This document shows positions 63,681 through 64,000 of a stretch of DNA of 64,000 nucleotides, in pieces. Position 1 is the first letter of the stretch. Every line of letters starts with the position of its first letter. Location of the stretch: the NCBI GenBank assembly GCA_030704615.1, contig CM060734.1, positions 40,486,001-40,550,000 of the forward strand, written 5' to 3'. The stretch comes from Takakia lepidozioides (taxonomy: Eukaryota > Plantae > Bryophyta). Below the pieces are notes generated by a model, which worked only from the letters and a program-made list of their open reading frames with translations, had not been told where the DNA came from and did no database searches. A program made the translations under genes and the position numbers.

Positions 63681-64000
63681 AAGGTTGGGGGTGGAAGTCA
63701 AGGCGAGGTTGCACCTTGGGTTGCAACGATGGGCGGGCGGGCCGAGGCAGTAGCAAGAAGAGACTCCCAATCCATTTGACCACGGAGTTGCTGGTAGGGG
63801 CGGCGAATCTTGTGGTTGTGCGGGAGAATGCCGTTCTCTAAGCGCACTGTAGATAGTGCGGGAGTGTGACGAAATTCGGTGAGGGTCACTATTTTGAAGT
63901 GCGAGAAGTGCGAGAATGTGTTGTTGGGGGTGCGCCATCCCGTCCGAAATTGGCGGCTGCACTATTTTGAAGATAGAGCGCCAAAAAACCCTGCTACCGG

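Overview
Eukaryotic nuclear DNA, most likely from a non-seed land plant (bryophyte or lycophyte grade). This is inferred from PLS-type PPR relics, plant MVD, uL24m and TAF1C homologues, and the retrotransposon types. Layout: (1) 1-4.3 kb, PPR pseudogene fragments around a very decayed Ty3/gypsy relic. (2) About 4.9-14.2 kb, the 5' half of an L1/Tx1-like LINE, interrupted by a young full-length Galadriel-type chromovirus (6309-13286). (3) 15.6-33.7 kb, a gene island: a 10-exon mevalonate diphosphate decarboxylase, a 5-exon mitochondrial ribosomal protein L24, and a minus-strand TAF1C/Rrn6-like gene with a U12-type intron and apparent lesions. (4) 35-37 kb, two TIR non-autonomous elements, one piggyBac-like. 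(5) 37.2-62.6 kb, the 3' half of a LINE (minus strand), split by a 23-kb nested insertion. The outer nested element is a minus-strand Ty3/gypsy whose pol reads protease - DNMT3-like cytosine-5 methyltransferase - RT - RNase H - integrase - PHD finger. Its ends are split direct repeats (B...A-gc-B-A), not ordinary LTRs, and it has a 4-bp TSD. A second gypsy with extra ORFs and a GCM/MULE-type transposase are nested inside it. (6) A palindromic AT-rich repeat array at the right end. The standout system is the methyltransferase- and PHD-carrying retrotransposon with permuted terminal repeats. This copy is decayed. All calls come from reading and translating the sequence by eye; no database searches were run.
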